In this document: piece by piece, positions 11,786 through 24,689 of the stretch | Layout: every line of letters starts with the position of its first letter | Numbering within the stretch: the first letter of the stretch is position 1 | Assembly: GCF_006345805.1 (NCBI RefSeq) | Contig: NC_043002.1 | Location: 35,836,001-35,900,000, forward strand | Reading direction: 5' to 3' | Length of the DNA stretch: 64,000 nucleotides | Source: Octopus sinensis | Lineage: Eukaryota | Program-made: the position numbers and the translations under genes | The notes under the pieces: model-generated | What the model saw: only the letters and a program-made list of their open reading frames with translations | The model's database searches: none | Told to the model about the DNA's origin: nothing

Positions 11786-12384
11786 GTAATATTAAATACA
11801 TGAAAATTAAATTTATTGAATTAGCTGGCATTAATAGGAAGGGTATGTTTGATGTGTCTCAGCAAGACTATTGATATCTGATTGAAAAAAACATGGCAGT
11901 TTATTTGTAATCTACATGTTCTAACGGGTTCAGTCATGTCATCGTTTTTGTTAAAACTGAATTTGGGTAGCAGAAACCAACTTCGATCATTTACAAACTT
12001 GGAGAATTTGGTGACATTATTTACGTTGTTGCAATAGTCCTACTTTTAAGCAATGATTTAGCGTGAAAATTCACATACATTTCAACAAATTCATCTTGTT
12101 AGCTTCAGTATCTGCATTCTCTGTTTACAAAACAAGCAGTCAAGTGGATGCATTTTTTTCCAAGTCTTCCCTTAATTTTTCATTGTTTTATATACCACTC
12201 TAGGTCACGGTCTAAAGTGTTTTCAGATCTTTTCTATTTAGTTGCGTTTGTGGAAATTTAATATTAGTCAATGACTAGGCACAGGTGACAACTCTAGTCA
12301 TGCTTTAGTTTATTTTTATCATTGTCTTCGTTGTACATATCGAAGTAGCGATGAGAAATTTTGTGCATTTTCCAAATTTAAGTA

Positions 12385-12468
12385 AGAAGAAGAAGAAGAG
12401 AAGAAGAAGAAGAGAAGAAGAAGAAGAAGAAGAAGAAGAAGAAGAAGAAGAAGAAGAAGAAGAAGAAG
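12385..12468. repeat. (AAG)n microsatellite
   Basis: Seen directly. Confidence 0.95.
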
Positions 12469-12859
12469 ACACGGATCTCTTCTGTTCGGTTGTCACTTTT
12501 TAATTTCTTAAATTTTTGTTCCAATTAATTTCATATTTGTTGTACTGGTGTAGTTTTGTAAAGTAACCATTGACATGAAATTCATTTTCTCCATAAATCA
12601 ATAAAAAGTTAATCGCTTTTAAAGTTTGCTATTTTCGAGTAATTTTAGCCAATTGAAAGCCACAGAGATATAGGTGCCTGTTTCCATAGTAACAAACCAA
12701 GCTGCTTACCACGTGTTCTTTTTGTTGCTCATTAAATGCTTAAAACACAGGGGGTGAGAGATGTGCTAAAAATAACAACTAAATAGGCATTAAATCACGT
12801 ACGAATTCCCCCCCCCCATAATCATTTGAATTTCCGTGTGTAGAATACAAATTCGCAAA

Positions 12860-13165
12860 AATTTTCCGAAAATTCCCCCAAATAAAAAAGTTGAGGAATT
12901 ATATGGCGTACGTAAAGCAGAATTCCGGCAATATTTCATTTGTTTACAGTTGACAACATGTGCTCTCATGAACACAATGGCAGCTTCCGAATCCTGTTTT
13001 CTGACTGAGTAAAAAATAATCAAACTTTAAATCCCTGTACTTTTTTTTTAATTCTAGAAAAAGAGATTCAGCGAGGAAAAGTATATCAATACACCAAATT
13101 TTAAAATTTTCACTAAGCTTTAAAATTTCCACAGGTGCAACCAAACAGAAAAGATCCATTTTGTC
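12860..13165 (+). repeat. Dispersed repeat of about 310 bp (family E), second copy at 31125-31430; probable DNA-transposon fragment
   Basis: Shared blocks ttatatggcgt.cgtaaagcagaattc, catttgtttacagttgacaaca, cagcttcc.aatcctgttttctga, taaaattttcactaa.cttta. Confidence 0.75.
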
Positions 13166-13989
13166 TCCAAATTTGATGAGATGGTCATGTCTGGAATCAC
13201 TTTATCTAATATGTACTACAAGTATTTAAGTCAGTAGAATGTGATTTGAGAGAGATTCAGTTGCTATATTTAGCGTGTCGAGTCCTTTGTTGACTGAAAC
13301 TATTTTTGAGTGATTTTACTGTGTAATGAAAAATTTTCAATCCAGACAGACTTCATAAAGGAATAGAATTAAGTACTACTATTATAAAATAACTCTTTTG
13401 TTATGAATCTCAAAGGAGAGATGTAATAAATAAAACTAAAAGGCGCCGTCTTACTGAAACTGTTTCACTGACCTTTCTGTAACCTAAAATTCACCTAGAT
13501 ATTTCTCGTTGAAGGGGTCTGTCTCCTTAGTTCACCGATAAGTAGAGGTGTCTTACTGTGTAACTGGAGGTGGTGGAAGAGACAGGTTCAAGGAGAAGGT
13601 AAAGAGCAAAAGATTTAATTATACCGTTTACAGTAAATTCTAATTTGGATTGCAATTTTTATGTTTGTCGGTGTAGGAAGAGTAAACAGATAGTGAACTT
13701 GGTGTAACAGTGAGTGGATACATGGTGTAAATGGATCTCGGTCAATTTCGACGATGAGCAATCGGCGGTTCGATCAACAGAACGGACTACTCATTGGATT
13801 TGTGCGAAAGAGATTAAGTATTCCACAGACTTCTTTATCTTTAACGTAAATCTGAGGAAGAGTCTGCGTGACGATGTACGTCAAGACTGCCCCCTTGAAT
13901 TTCCGGTAAAATCCATCCGACAGGTTTCCGAACAGTTTCCTTCAACCCGGTTTTATTCAAAAGGCTTTCGCAGATCGAAAATAATAATT

Positions 13990-14044
<55 letters not shown>

Positions 14045-14577
14045 GCACGCACACACACACACGCACACACACAAAGAAGCTTGTCCAAGATACACAGCAG
14101 TACAGCTGAAAGAGGAATCTTCTGATTGTAAGCAAAATAGAATAATTGGAAGTGGATTATTTGTATTCTTATTTTTACATTTTGAAAATGTGCTAACGTT
14201 TCTGCCAGCTCGCCACCTTACTGTTCTATGAGAATAATGCCTTTAAGTTCTGGTACCATGGGTTATTGCGGTGAATCTGCAAAATCGATTGAAACCGAAT
14301 CCCCTTTTCATCATTCCGGGGTTCATAAAATAATTACTACTCAGTTATTAAGGCCATTTTAATTGAATGTTCTCTCCTCCAAAATCTTTGTGGCCTTGTA
14401 CTCAAGAGTTAACATTCAACTCCCCTCTACAGACATATTTTCTGAGTGCAGTGAATAAAGGTGTAGCAAATTCGAAACCGAGTCGCTGAATAGCCGAGTA
14501 AGCATCACGACCATAGTCATTTCACGTGATCTAATCAGTATCGAGCCATCACGTGATTCAACCTTCTAGAATCTTAT

Positions 14578-14813
14578 ACCTATTTCTTTACTACCCACAA
14601 GGGGCTAAACACAGGGGGGGGGGAACAAACAAGGACAGACAAACGGATTAAGTCGATTATATCGACTCCAATGTGTAACTGGTACTTAATTTATCGACCC
14701 CGAAAGGATGTAAGGCAAAGTCGACCTCGGCGGAATTTGAACCCAGAACGTAACGACAGACGAAATACGGCTACGCATTTCGCCCGGCGTGCTAACGTTT
14801 CTGCCAGCTCGCC
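14578..14813 (-). mobile_element. SINE family B, near-intact copy
   Basis: Reverse complement of the 663-890 copy, CpG sites retained. Confidence 0.85.
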
Positions 14814-15104
14814 AACTTACTGTTCTATGAGAATGATGCCTTTATGTTCTGGTACCATGGGTTATTTTGACTGACAAAACTGAGATGTAAACACAGCCGC
14901 TTCGATTACACGTTTCGAATCCTGCTCGAGACTGACACACTTCAATAACCACTTATTAATCACACATACTATATACTGACAAACACTTTTTCCATTTTAT
15001 TTTCGCTATTTACCGTCCTCACGACCCTCTTCGTATATACGATGGGGCCATGAACTATACAATGAAAATAGAGAGTTAATCATGGTGGGTGAATTTTTAG
15101 TAAA

Positions 15105-15624
15105 AATGCAAAGGTGGTTTATCAATTCAAAAATCGATATCCACAAAATAATCATACTTTCTGATTTTTTAGTGCTAAAAACTTTCCTGATAACCGTCTT
15201 TGTAATCCTGAAAAATTTCGTAACCATTGGTCCAGCCGTCTGGTCGTGAAAAAGAGACGGACAGACGGACATGACGCCCATTATAGTAAGATAGCAAATC
15301 TGCCCATCTACGATGGGAAATAGAGGGATAGTATCACAAATCTAAACTCTTTAAATTCACGAACAATACAGGGTGGGGAATCCAAAGTTAATCCTCATCG
15401 CCGGAATTTTAACAACAAAAAAAAAAAAAATCAAAGGTGATTTATTAATACAAACAACTCAATATCCACGAAATAATCATACTTTTTCACATTTTTTTCG
15501 CTAAAAACCTTTTCCTGATTACCTCCTTCGTAATCCCGAAAAACATCGTGACCATTGGTACACTCGTTTGACCGTGAAGAGAGAACAAACAGACGGAAAT
15601 AACGCCCATTACGGTAAGATATAT
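15105..15624 (+). mobile_element. Two diverged copies (15105-15293, 15430-15624) of a Helitron-like element 3' end
   Basis: Both end acagacgga...acgcccatta..gtaagata and share atatccac.aaataatcatacttt and gtaatcc.gaaaaa...cgt.accattggt. Confidence 0.55.
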
Positions 15625-16161
15625 TGGCTAAAATATATAAACAACTTTTTCTTTTCATGCATCTTTGGTTATCTTTCGAACTTAGTACATATAAGATGTC
15701 AAACACGGTTAAACAATGCATTAATTGACAGCGACACATAAACATTCAGTAAGATTTGACATAGTTTGACATTAAACGTCAATAAAAACGTACAAACCGG
15801 GTAGACAGATTTGATTAAATATTTCTCAAATAGAGATGACGAAATATAAATAAAGTTGTGGGTTTTCCGCTGTATATTTATAGCCCATATTTCAGGAAGC
15901 TTTTCACAAAGAAAAAGATTTCACCAAAAAATAAGTGTTGGTGTTGATTTGTTCAACTAAACATTTCAAGTTGGTGCTCCACCATGGCCGCAGTCCAATG
16001 ACCGAAACAAATAAGAAATTAAAAGAATATTAAAAATTGTTCAAATTTTTGGTGATATCTTTTTCCTTGTGAAAAGCTTATTCTAACGTTCTCGTTTGCC
16101 GTACTGTTAAGTTAAAGAAGAAACAAACCAACGTCAGTTGTCAGTCAATGGGTTGGGGGAA

Positions 16162-16232
<71 letters not shown>

Positions 16233-16375
16233 CGATGGTTTTCCACACAATTTCTGTCTATCAAATTCACTCACAAGGCGTTGGTCGCCCGGGGCTATAA
16301 TACAAGACATTTGCCTAAGGTGCCGCGTAGTGGGACTGAACTCGAAGCCAGGTGGTTCCAGAGCCAGCTTTTAAT
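16233..16375 (-). mobile_element. SINE family A, 5' half
   Basis: caaattcactcacaaggcgttggtcgcccggggctataatacaagacatttgcctaaggtgccgcgtagtgggactgaac is the reverse complement of the 58390 copy. Confidence 0.75.
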
Positions 16376-16849
16376 CAGACAGCTATATTTCTTCAATTTA
16401 TTTGACATCATATTAGCCCCTTGCTTTTGTTGCTTAGACTCAGGTGAACCCTAATTGTATAAGCTATTGGTAAAATCAAAAACATTACCATCATGACCAC
16501 CCTGTTTGTTTAAGTGTATGTAAAACTACATTATCCAGAATATCCTTTCATTTTCCCAAAGCAATGGGGTGTAATTTAAGAGAGATTCAGCTGGTAATTT
16601 TAAAAGATCGAACGATCATATTGAGGCGCTCTCATTGACTTGTATTTATACGATAAGAGTGGTCGAGTGACAGAGATAAATAGCCTGCGGTATTAAGTAA
16701 GATTCCCACGTATTGTGTGTTCAAATTCTGCCAAAGTTGAACTTTGGACTTTCGTTTCTCTGAAATTGATTAAATAATAAAGTACTAGTATTATACTGTA
16801 CAAATGAATACACTGGGCCCTGTGGACTTTGTGCTAAAGTAAGAAGTCA

Positions 16850-16926
<77 letters not shown>

Positions 16927-17180
16927 TATGTGTGTGTCCAATTGCTACGTATGAGTAGCCATTAGGTATGGAGGTCGGTTCAATTCTTTCTCTCGTGAAA
17001 GTAAAAGACAGAATCGTACTCAATAGGATTTGAACAGAAAACAGTCTTTATTTATTCTTACACTTTACTGTTTCTGCCACCAGAATTAACTGGTCGTCAT
17101 AAGATGTGAGTTTGTCTTTCATCCTTCAGTGCCGATAAAATTGGCAACAAGCCATGCCTATATTATCCTTCAGATATCCC

Positions 17181-17219
<39 letters not shown>

Positions 17220-17264
17220 TATATATATGTAATGGATATGTATATGTATTTTACGTATTTCAGT

Positions 17265-17414
17265 CATTGAACTGCGACCCCAGGACTTCTCTAAAAACAA
17301 ACAAAAAAAAACTTTGGTAGTTATTCTATCGGGCTTCTTTGCCAAACCGCTAAGTTACAGGGGTGTCAACAGACTAACACCGATTGTCAAGTGGTGGCCG
17401 GGTGTGGGTGACAA

Positions 17415-17453
<39 letters not shown>

Positions 17454-17735
17454 CACACACACATGCGCACACACACACGCACACATATATAGTGAATATA
17501 AGGGGTTATATTCTATGCATGTTTTTTTTATACATGTATACCTCTGTGACTCCTATTATTTAATATAACATGTGTAGCATGGAATTAAGAGTATATCAAA
17601 TTCTCCCATTCTTCTGTTTATGTATACATTTACGAAAGGCTTCCGCACAGTTTCGTCTTCCAAATTCACTCTCAAGGCATTGGTGGCCCTACTCGAAGTA
17701 TCGTGCAGTGAGACTGAACCCGAATTTAGGCAAGC
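17265..17735 (-). mobile_element. SINE family A, full length with internal microsatellite
   Basis: Tail tttcagtcatt, body ctttgccaaaccgctaagttacagggg, head part aaattcactctcaaggcattgg...gcagtgagactgaaccc. Confidence 0.7.
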
Positions 17736-18789
17736 ATACATACATACATACATACATACATACATACATACATACATACATACATACATACACAACGGCT
17801 GCTTCCTCGTTCTCGAGTATAATGATGATGATGGCGATACGTCAAGCGATGCCTGTGCGTGATGCTTTGTAAAGTAGGGAGAGTACGGACAGATACCCTA
17901 TAAAGAAGAACTAGTCAACATCATTGGCTGCCATCGAGTTGCAGGATTTATATAAGTTTTTCTTCTTCTAGATTGATGTTCTAACAAGGAATTGGGGTTT
18001 ACTCACTCCCAGTAATGTGGTACATAATTCTCATTTTTATACTTCTCTGCTGACTAGACCTGTTGTGCCTGTTTATAGCAGAAAACGTATCAGTTTTTTG
18101 CACAGACATTGAGTTTTCTGTACCAAAGTCACCAGTTTATCGATGATTGCTGCAGGAACTACGGCTGTCCATGAGAGAAATAGCAGGACTAAATATATGT
18201 ACACAATAGGGGATAATATTCATTCATTCATTCGTTCATTTTCAATCTGTTCTGGTAGATTCGGTGTCTCGAAGTCCTTTACACCGATGAATCCCCTGTG
18301 TTATATCACATCATATAAAGGGAGATGTTTTCCGATGACGAGAAACAACACCGATCAGACATTCACGTTCGAATCTGCAAGTACATAATGAGAATTTATA
18401 GATATGTAATTGCTTGGAATCTCGCTGTGCTGCATGCATCAAAATAGATCCGTACCTATTCCACTCGCTTGCAAATATCAGATTTTTCTTAAGCAGGCGT
18501 ATTTTGTGAAATTAATTCTTAATGTTTTGAAATTATTTCCCTATATGTTTGCCTGTCGCTAACAATTCTTCCCAGGCTTTTGCTTTTTTTTTTCCTCTAA
18601 GAGGTAATTTTCAACTAATTGGGAAAATTTTGCGCACGTCACTCAGTAGATCACGACGTAAGTATTTTAGATATAACTGTTTCTCACTGCTGTACATATT
18701 TTGTATTTTTATACATCTAAATCACGTGTGTCCACGTATGTATGTATGTATGTATGTATGTATGTCAGGTCACTTTTAGTGCTATTGGT

Positions 18790-18930
18790 GACGTATAACC
18801 CAGTACAACCCGTCGGTGACTAAACCAGCAACCCTACCATACCTCATTGGAAAGGAGGGTGGTTTTCGTTGGACACCTTCAAGGGCGAAAAGCAAAAACT
18901 GTCAAAGGGTGGATGAAGTTAGCAGACAGA
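18790..18930 (+). repeat. Dispersed repeat family D (copies also at 48110-48235 and 61345-61480)
   Basis: All three copies share gactaaac..gca(a)ccc; the 18.8 and 61.4 kb copies also share ctgtcaaaggg.ggatgaa; identity unresolved, possibly a LINE 5' UTR. Confidence 0.5.
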
Positions 18931-19573
18931 CCCAACAGGTGTTGCGGAAACTGTTATTGACTTTAGATTGCCGCGCGGGCATTACGCTGACAGTTATTCT
19001 CTTCAAAATCTAGGATAAATAATTTGGTCATATCTGTTTACGAGTAGACAGCTACTATGTATGTATGTATGTATGCATGTATGTATGTATGTATGTATGT
19101 ATGTATGTATGTATGTATGTATGTATGTATGTATGTATGTATATTTATGAAATCAACAAATTCAGGTTTTGCCAACGCAAGTCACCACCAGACGCTTTGG
19201 ATTATGTTTCCTGAGTATAAAATTAAATATTTTGTTAAATAAGTGTGAATCATTGTGCATGTATGTGTGAGTAATCTAACCTATATTGTGTAAGTATCAG
19301 TTTGATTATACAAGTGTTTACGTATTCATAATTTAATGTGTGTGTAGGATTTTCATGCAACTGTTAATGAAACCATATCTAAATGCCTGATGAATGAGTC
19401 TCCTTACGTTTCATTGAACCTGTGTGTATTGCCTTGTATTTCATATATATAGCGTGTGCAGACGTATACGACGGTTTCAAACTTCAAAGAATTGGATGCA
19501 TATATGTATGAGACTACTCTGTGTAATGTGTATGTGCTCACGCACACACACGCGCTTTTAAGCTAGTATATAT

Positions 19574-19621
<48 letters not shown>

Positions 19622-19746
19622 ATGTATCTTGTTTTGCAAGATTCCTGATGTGAAATCGTGCGTTGAAACAGATATTGTTATATTTCGGGATGATCCATGT
19701 TTCTTTGTTTATGACCTATGACCATCTCGAAATGTAACTATATATA

Positions 19747-19785
<39 letters not shown>

Positions 19786-19809
19786 ATTGGTTAACTTGGA
19801 ATATACCAT

Positions 19810-21150
19810 GACTTCATTTTCTCCTCCCGTCTCCCTCCCACCGCCTCCAATCTGATTGTTCGTACCCCACGCACCCCCACTATTTATTTCCTTTCTAAAA
19901 TCCACAAGCTTAACAACCCTAGCTACCTCATCGTCTCCTCCTACAACTGTCCGCGGAAAGGATTTCTAAATACCTTGACAGTGTCCTTACTCTCCTAGTG
20001 GCTTTCCTCCCCTCCCACATCCACGACACCAACCATGCTCTTCGTCTGTTTAACTTTTTCTCCTTCCCTTTTGGCTCCTCAAAACTTCTGTTCACTCTTC
20101 ATATCAAAAGTTTATATACCGTGATCCCACACAACGAAGGACTTCTTGTGCTTAAACACTTTCTAGACCTTCGGCCTGACCCTCAACCTGATATTTCCAC
20201 ACTTCTTCGTCGGGCCGAACATGCCCTCTTCCTCAACTGCTTCTCGTTCGCGGGGGAGTTTTACCAACAAGTCTCGGGAATGACCATGAGTACGAGAATG
20301 GGCCCCAACAATGCGAACCTGTTCGTTGGCTACGTTGTGGCCCAAATATTCTCACAATTTACTGGTCCCACTTCCAAGCTTATACGGTCATTATACCAAT
20401 GACTATCGGCGCGACCTCACTCTCCCGCGAACAACTGGACTCATTCCTTTCCTTTATCTAATCCTTCCATCCTGCCCTCGAATTCTCCTGCACTCTCTCT
20501 CTCTCTCTCTCTAACTCTTCCATCGAATTTCTCGACATTTCTGTCAGCCTCCACCACTCCGCTCTCACTAATTCCATCGACTACAAACACACTGACTCAC
20601 ACTCCTACCTTAACTTTTCTTCCTCCCACCCCTACATATACTAAGCTCTCCAGTCCCTACTTCAAATTTCTTCGTCTACGCAGGCTCTACCCCTTCCTCC
20701 TTCAAACGAGGTGATGCGTGATCTGGTTCACAATTTCTTCCCTACCTCGCTTCCCAGCCTGGCTCCTTCGCCAGCACCTGCCCACGCTGTCACACCTGCC
20801 CAATACTACCATCCTCACAGGCACCCATCACCGTCCCTATCACGTCACTTCTAGTAATGTCACTTACTGCATCTCCTACTCTCTGTGTCCTTTCATGTAC
20901 ATTGGTCAAACAGGACGTCGCTTGGTTGACCGGTTCTCGGCACAACTCCGAGACATCACACTCGGCAATGACACCCCGGTCTCGCACCACTTCTGCTCTA
21001 ATAGGCATTCGCTACAACATCTGTCCGTATTCAGACTGTCTCTGCACAGGGACCACCCGGACTCCCACCTTCGCAGTGAACAGGATTAAACTTCTCTCTT
21101 CGTTTCTTTGCGCTACATGGGCTCAACTCACTTCCTCTCTTCATCTGACG
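19810..21150 (+). pseudogene. Penelope-like element 1: RT and GIY-YIG endonuclease remnant
   Basis: LFTLHIKSLYTVIPHNEGL; NCFSFAGEFYQQVSGMTMSTRMGPNNANLFVGY; GIY-YIG TSSNVTYCISYSLCPFMYIGQTGRRLVDRFSAQLRDI. Confidence 0.9.
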
Positions 21151-21994
21151 CCAATCTCACCTCCTCTCTTCATTTGACACCAATCCCACGCGAATTCCCA
21201 CTCACGTCCCTCACCCTCCACATACACACCTGCATACCACCCACCTCGGTACCCTCACCCACATGCGCCACTATACATACACCCATACACACTGTTCAAC
21301 TCATCACTCACTTCACACACCATTACACCCACACCCACAACACCTTCCCACTCCACACACTTCTCAGCACCCATACAACACACCATCATCCACACAAGCA
21401 CACAATCTTCAATAGCGTCCACACATACCACTATATGAACAGCCACTGTTTTAAACACACACTGTTTAACTCAGTACACATAACACACACCACCATGCAA
21501 ACTCCCACACCCTCACAAGCACACAATACCTGAACACAGACAATATATACACATGCACACATACACACGCACGCAACACGCATAAACACACATAGACGAA
21601 GATAACTTTCGCCCACATTCATACACGAAACACATGGACACTATTTGGTCACAGTGACACACACACGCACGCACACACATGTGCACACACACACACACAC
21701 ACACACGTGTGTGCACACACCACGTGAAAAAGCACACATCAACTGTTACACACTTTACACACACACACACACACACACGTCAAACTCATTTGCCCCCATT
21801 CACACATACGCACTTACACAGTCACATACACGTTTGCGCACCTCATCCTGTTGGGATCACCGTGAATTATCTCCCCTTCATTCAACCTCTCTTTATTATT
21901 ATATCTCTTTCATTCAACCTCTTTTTTCCAATCATTCACCATATTCGACCCTTGAACTGAACACGTTTTTTTTTTCATTCTCTTTCTATCTATT

Positions 21995-22090
21995 TCCTCT
22001 TATTCCTTTCTGTCGAATAACGTTTCCCGAGCGTCAAACTAATACACTTGTTGTTCCTATACCTCTCGTCTTTGTTTTTCTATAAAACTG
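21995..22090 (+). mobile_element. Penelope LTR-like (pLTR) segment with most of the hammerhead-like motif deleted
   Basis: ctcttattcctttctgtcgaa...cccgagcgtcaaactaatacac...gtctttgtttttctataaa matches 49545-49680; lies downstream of Penelope-like element 1. Confidence 0.6.
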
Positions 22091-22102
22091 AACTGTATAT
22101 GA

Positions 22103-22154
<52 letters not shown>

Positions 22155-22189
22155 TAATAAATAAAATAAAACATATGCATATATATAAA

Positions 22190-22410
22190 CATATATGTAC
22201 GTACCTACCTCTACATGTACATATACACGCATATATGTGTACAGGACACCAAAAAGACGTCGAACACAATGAGAAACGAAAACATAGACACAAACCAAAG
22301 GAACTGGACATTTTTTTAAAAAACAGCAAAAAAAATAGAGTACAGGACAATTAACACAAAGAAAAAACCCCTTCTTCAGTCGCTATGGTTTCATCTACTC
22401 TACGTTTCGA
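22190..22410 (-). repeat. Dispersed repeat family F (related copy at 58230-58360, + strand)
   Basis: Shared ttgtcctgtact and ttttggtg(a)tgtcctgtac motifs and ttcgaaa...actga. Confidence 0.45.
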
Positions 22411-22425
22411 AGGAATACACACACA

Positions 22426-22456
<31 letters not shown>

Positions 22457-22491
22457 CACACCACACACATATATCTATATATATATATATA

Positions 22492-22525
<34 letters not shown>

Positions 22526-22625
22526 TACATACATATATACATACATATATATATTATATATATACATACATATAATACATATATATATATATACAACATA
22601 TATATTATACATATATATATATATA

Positions 22626-22683
<58 letters not shown>

Positions 22684-22693
22684 ATGTATATAC

Positions 22694-22980
22694 CAGTGGT
22701 TCCTAGCCTATCGTAAGTAGACCCATGGTGGTCTGCAAAGGTAGTACTGGGGGTCCGTAGACTAAATTCAAAATTTCCTATATACATACATAAGGATAAC
22801 GTAAAGTATACTAGCCATCTCAATATGGCTAGTATACTTTACGTTGTTGAGCGGTTACTATTATATCTCGTTCAGAGATTTATTATTGCATACATAAGGA
22901 TAAGCATATTAAAAGGGGTCCGTGGGAAAACTCATTTAAATAAAAGAGGTCCTTGACAGTGAAAAAGTTGGGAACCACTG
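22694..22980. mobile_element. hAT (Charlie-like) MITE with an internal perfect hairpin
   Basis: TIRs cagtggttcc and ggaaccactg; 8-bp TSD gtatatac and atatatac (7/8). Confidence 0.8.
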
Positions 22981-23561
22981 ATATATACAAATACATACAT
23001 ACATACATACATACATACATTATAACAGAAAAGCTCCGAATTCCAGATTTAGACGTTTCCAGTCATTTAGCGGGTAATCCGAGCCGGCTTTTCCTTTAAA
23101 ATAGTTTTAATGTATTTTTGAAATAATATATGGTTATGGAGAAAATGCTTATCTTTATGCCCTTTAGAAATAAAAATCCTTGCGACCGACACATAAAAAA
23201 ACAGTTGTTTAAAGCTCACGCTTTTCATTTTATTTCTGGCACTCGTGGGAATATCCCACTCTCCTTAAGCTTCATACAAGAGAGTCACTCTAACGACTTC
23301 CTTCATGGAAATGCGTTGTTGCGTAGTATCTTAAACTAATACTTTTAAGTAATATTTTTAAAACGTCGAATGTGCGTACGTGTCTGCGTTGTACGGCTGC
23401 CTGTGAATATACATATAGACCTATACACGTGTATATGTACACACATAAGCGCGCGCGCACACACACACACACAGACACACACACACACACACACACACAC
23501 GCACGCACTCTCTCTCTCCCCTTCTCTCTCACTTTTACGCACATATACAGAGATATATGTG

Positions 23562-23603
23562 TAAGCGTATATATTCAATTTGCTTATATATAATATATAT
23601 ATA

Positions 23604-23642
<39 letters not shown>

Positions 23643-23665
23643 TAATATATATTATATATATATAC

Positions 23666-23722
<57 letters not shown>

Positions 23723-23755
23723 CATATATATATGCAAATTGAATATATACGCTTA
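23562..23755. repeat. Inverted repeat: 22-bp unique arms around a (TA)n tract
   Basis: taagcgtatatattcaatttgc (23562-23583) is the exact reverse complement of gcaaattgaatatatacgctta (23734-23755). Confidence 0.9.
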
Positions 23756-23765
23756 TTATATATAT

Positions 23766-23803
<38 letters not shown>

Positions 23804-24689
23804 CCACACATACACACACTCACTCGCATTCATACACACGCAGACATACATACCTACTTAGTTATATATACGTATATCAATTAAACTTTTTACAATCCAG
23901 AATGAAGTTCAAGGAAGCTGCATTCACATAAGAGATACTTTGATCTATGCATACAAGCTGTTTGTAGTTCCGTCCTTTTGTTCAAGTTGCTACTGCTTTG
24001 AGTTAAAATTCTTAATTTTTCCCTCAAACAAGCGTCATATTGCATTTTTTATGTGAAGCTACTGTTCTTATATATGGTTGTGCCCAATATACAATCGACT
24101 GGATACATCTGAATTGTGAGGAACTGTCTCATGCAAGAACGATATAAATTTCGACAAAGCTGAAGTGTATTTTAATAGGACTGATAAGTGAATGGTGCCC
24201 CAATATAGATTTTAAGCTTATCTCTGCTGTTTGTCTCAGGCTTTGCCAGACAGTTATCATTTAGCGGGCAGTTCTGATGAATTCTAAAGGTGCATGATCT
24301 TCGATGGCTAACTATTTGCCTCTCTTTCCCATTCAGCATTGCAGCTGATATGACAACTGGAATTCATATAAGTTGAAGGACTAACTTTAACACAATTCCT
24401 ATTTAATATCTTTCTATACTTATGCCCTGGTGGAAAATAGTTATCTATTAAACTAAGGAAATCTCGAGCTATATTAGTACTAGGTTAAATATTGAGTTCA
24501 ACAATAAAATTATTTTCCTATTCCTATCTTTATGCTGTGCACCCCCAGGTTTTTTTATATCTAATCTTATCGGAAGACCCATTATTTCTTAATGCCTCAT
24601 TCTAATACCAAGAATACAGAATTTTGTCGAACGAATGAGAAAGGAGTTCACTAATCCTTCGAGATTAGTGAATTTAATGCAATTAATGT

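Noticed and set aside
22350-22412. Permuted (type II) hammerhead on the minus strand: ccttcGAAACGTA...CTGAAGAagggg
   Set aside because: Both core motifs are present, but I could not form helix I between the cleavage triplet and CUGA, and the related copy at 58235 is more degenerate. Worth revisiting only with a family consensus.
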